The translations under genes were made by a program, and so were the position numbers. The notes beneath the pieces are model-generated. The model ran no database searches. It saw only the letters and a program-made list of their open reading frames with translations, and was not told where the DNA came from. A DNA stretch of 64,000 nt from Lama glama (Eukaryota). The stretch spans positions 21,578,001 to 21,642,000 of the forward strand of contig CM052818.1 of NCBI GenBank assembly GCA_028534125.1, in the 5' to 3' direction. Of the stretch, positions 62,718 to 64,000 are shown one piece after another (within the stretch, counting starts at the first letter, position 1; every line of letters begins with the position of its first letter).

Positions 62718-64000
62718 GTAAAGCACATTTTTAATGCTCAAATAATCGTTTATAAATTAAAGACTTAAGTGGGAGAAAACTCCCTAAATCACAAAGCTAT
62801 TATTTAAATAATTGTTAACAAGTAGAACTAAAGCTAGAACACTGTGATTTTGTTTTATTGAAATATTTTTCATACCCTAAATTATTCTGGGTTCCACCTA
62901 GAAATAGTGAACTGAGCTTTTTATTCCTCTCTTCTCAAATGATAAAAAGTGTATGCTAATCAAAAGTAAATAAGCTTTTCAATATTTATTCGCCAAAGTT
63001 GAAAATAACTTTAATTTCAATATTTGGTTTTGAAACTACACATGAACATGCATGGGTAAAAGTGTATCTTAGAAATATGTTAGTGTATACAAGATATTCT
63101 TAATCACCATAAACTATGTTTAAGCAAGTTTGGAATGCTTCATACCACCTTTTAACATTTTTATTTGTTGATGAACCAACAATGTTTGGCATAATTAACG
63201 CTAAGATCTCCAAAACTCAATGACTGAAAATAATTGCTTCTCTTTTCTTTCCTGAGTACTCTGAAGCCCAACCTAAAGATTTAGAGCTGACTGGACAAAT
63301 ATAAAGGATGTCAAAAACAGTGACCGCTGACATGCCATTCAAGGCACATGGAAGAGAGTTCAGGCTTGAATGCCTCTAAACTGCTCATTGGTAAGATCAG
63401 CTATCAGTGAGACGCAGTGTAAGTCAGCATTATTCACTGAGCCTGCTATGACCTTAAAATCATTGCTCCTGGGGCATGTTCATCCACCAATTAGTTTATA
63501 TGCTCACTGGAAATCCACTGCTCAGTAAATGCACTGGTCTCTCATTCCACAGTGTTGATGAAGTGTGTGTGATGGCTTTCTCTTCACAACTTGACCCCGA
63601 AAGCTGACCCATCTCAAGCTGAAGCATTCAAGTCATTTGAGCACCCTTTAGTTATCAAGGATTTTGATACTTTTCTTAAAAACTACCATCGATTTGACAA
63701 ACACAAATGTTATGGTGACTATGGGATGACATATGTAAAATCAAGTAAAAATGAGGACTGAATTTTCCCATTTTATTCATAGAAGTGTTATGTCAGATAT
63801 TTGTTAGTACTGTTAAAAGAAAAAATTTCCTTGCTGTTTTTAAACCATTATTATTAGCACAAATATGCCAATCCTCTTTTCTGAAATTTTGAAAATTTTC
63901 TACTTTGGGTCAGAGTCGAGTCCAATGAGTAAATGAAGGCATATTTGGAAAATAATTTCAAGATAACATAATATGACATGATAAAAGGTTGGATCTAGAA

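Noticed and set aside
1..64000. CRISPR arrays, operons, miRNA hairpins or a named host gene
   Set aside because: Eukaryotic repeat-rich DNA with no regularly spaced repeats and no miRNA I recognise; not enough evidence to assign a gene symbol.

Overview
AT-rich mammalian genomic DNA, almost certainly camelid: three near-full-length and one truncated copy of the tRNA-Ala-derived Vic-1-type SINE are present, plus L1 3' ends of artiodactyl type. I can support no protein-coding gene. The supplied ORFs are short, fall in repeats, low-complexity tracts or the N gap, and resemble no protein I recognise. Much of the window is old interspersed repeats (L1M, L2, MIR, MLT1, hAT MER5/MER97/MER119-like), one ERV-type solo LTR and microsatellites. 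Between them lie repeat-free blocks with enhancer- or promoter-like motifs. A-run skew, L1 orientation bias and several well-formed minus-strand splice-site pairs (best at 46660-46789 and 30832-30976) suggest the window lies inside the long introns of a large minus-strand transcription unit that I cannot name. There is a 500-N gap flanked by an exact 199-bp false duplication. I found no convincing novel biological system. The best leads are candidate unannotated exons, a possible internal promoter and some transposon and mutation signatures. Repeat family names are recognised by eye and their boundaries are approximate.
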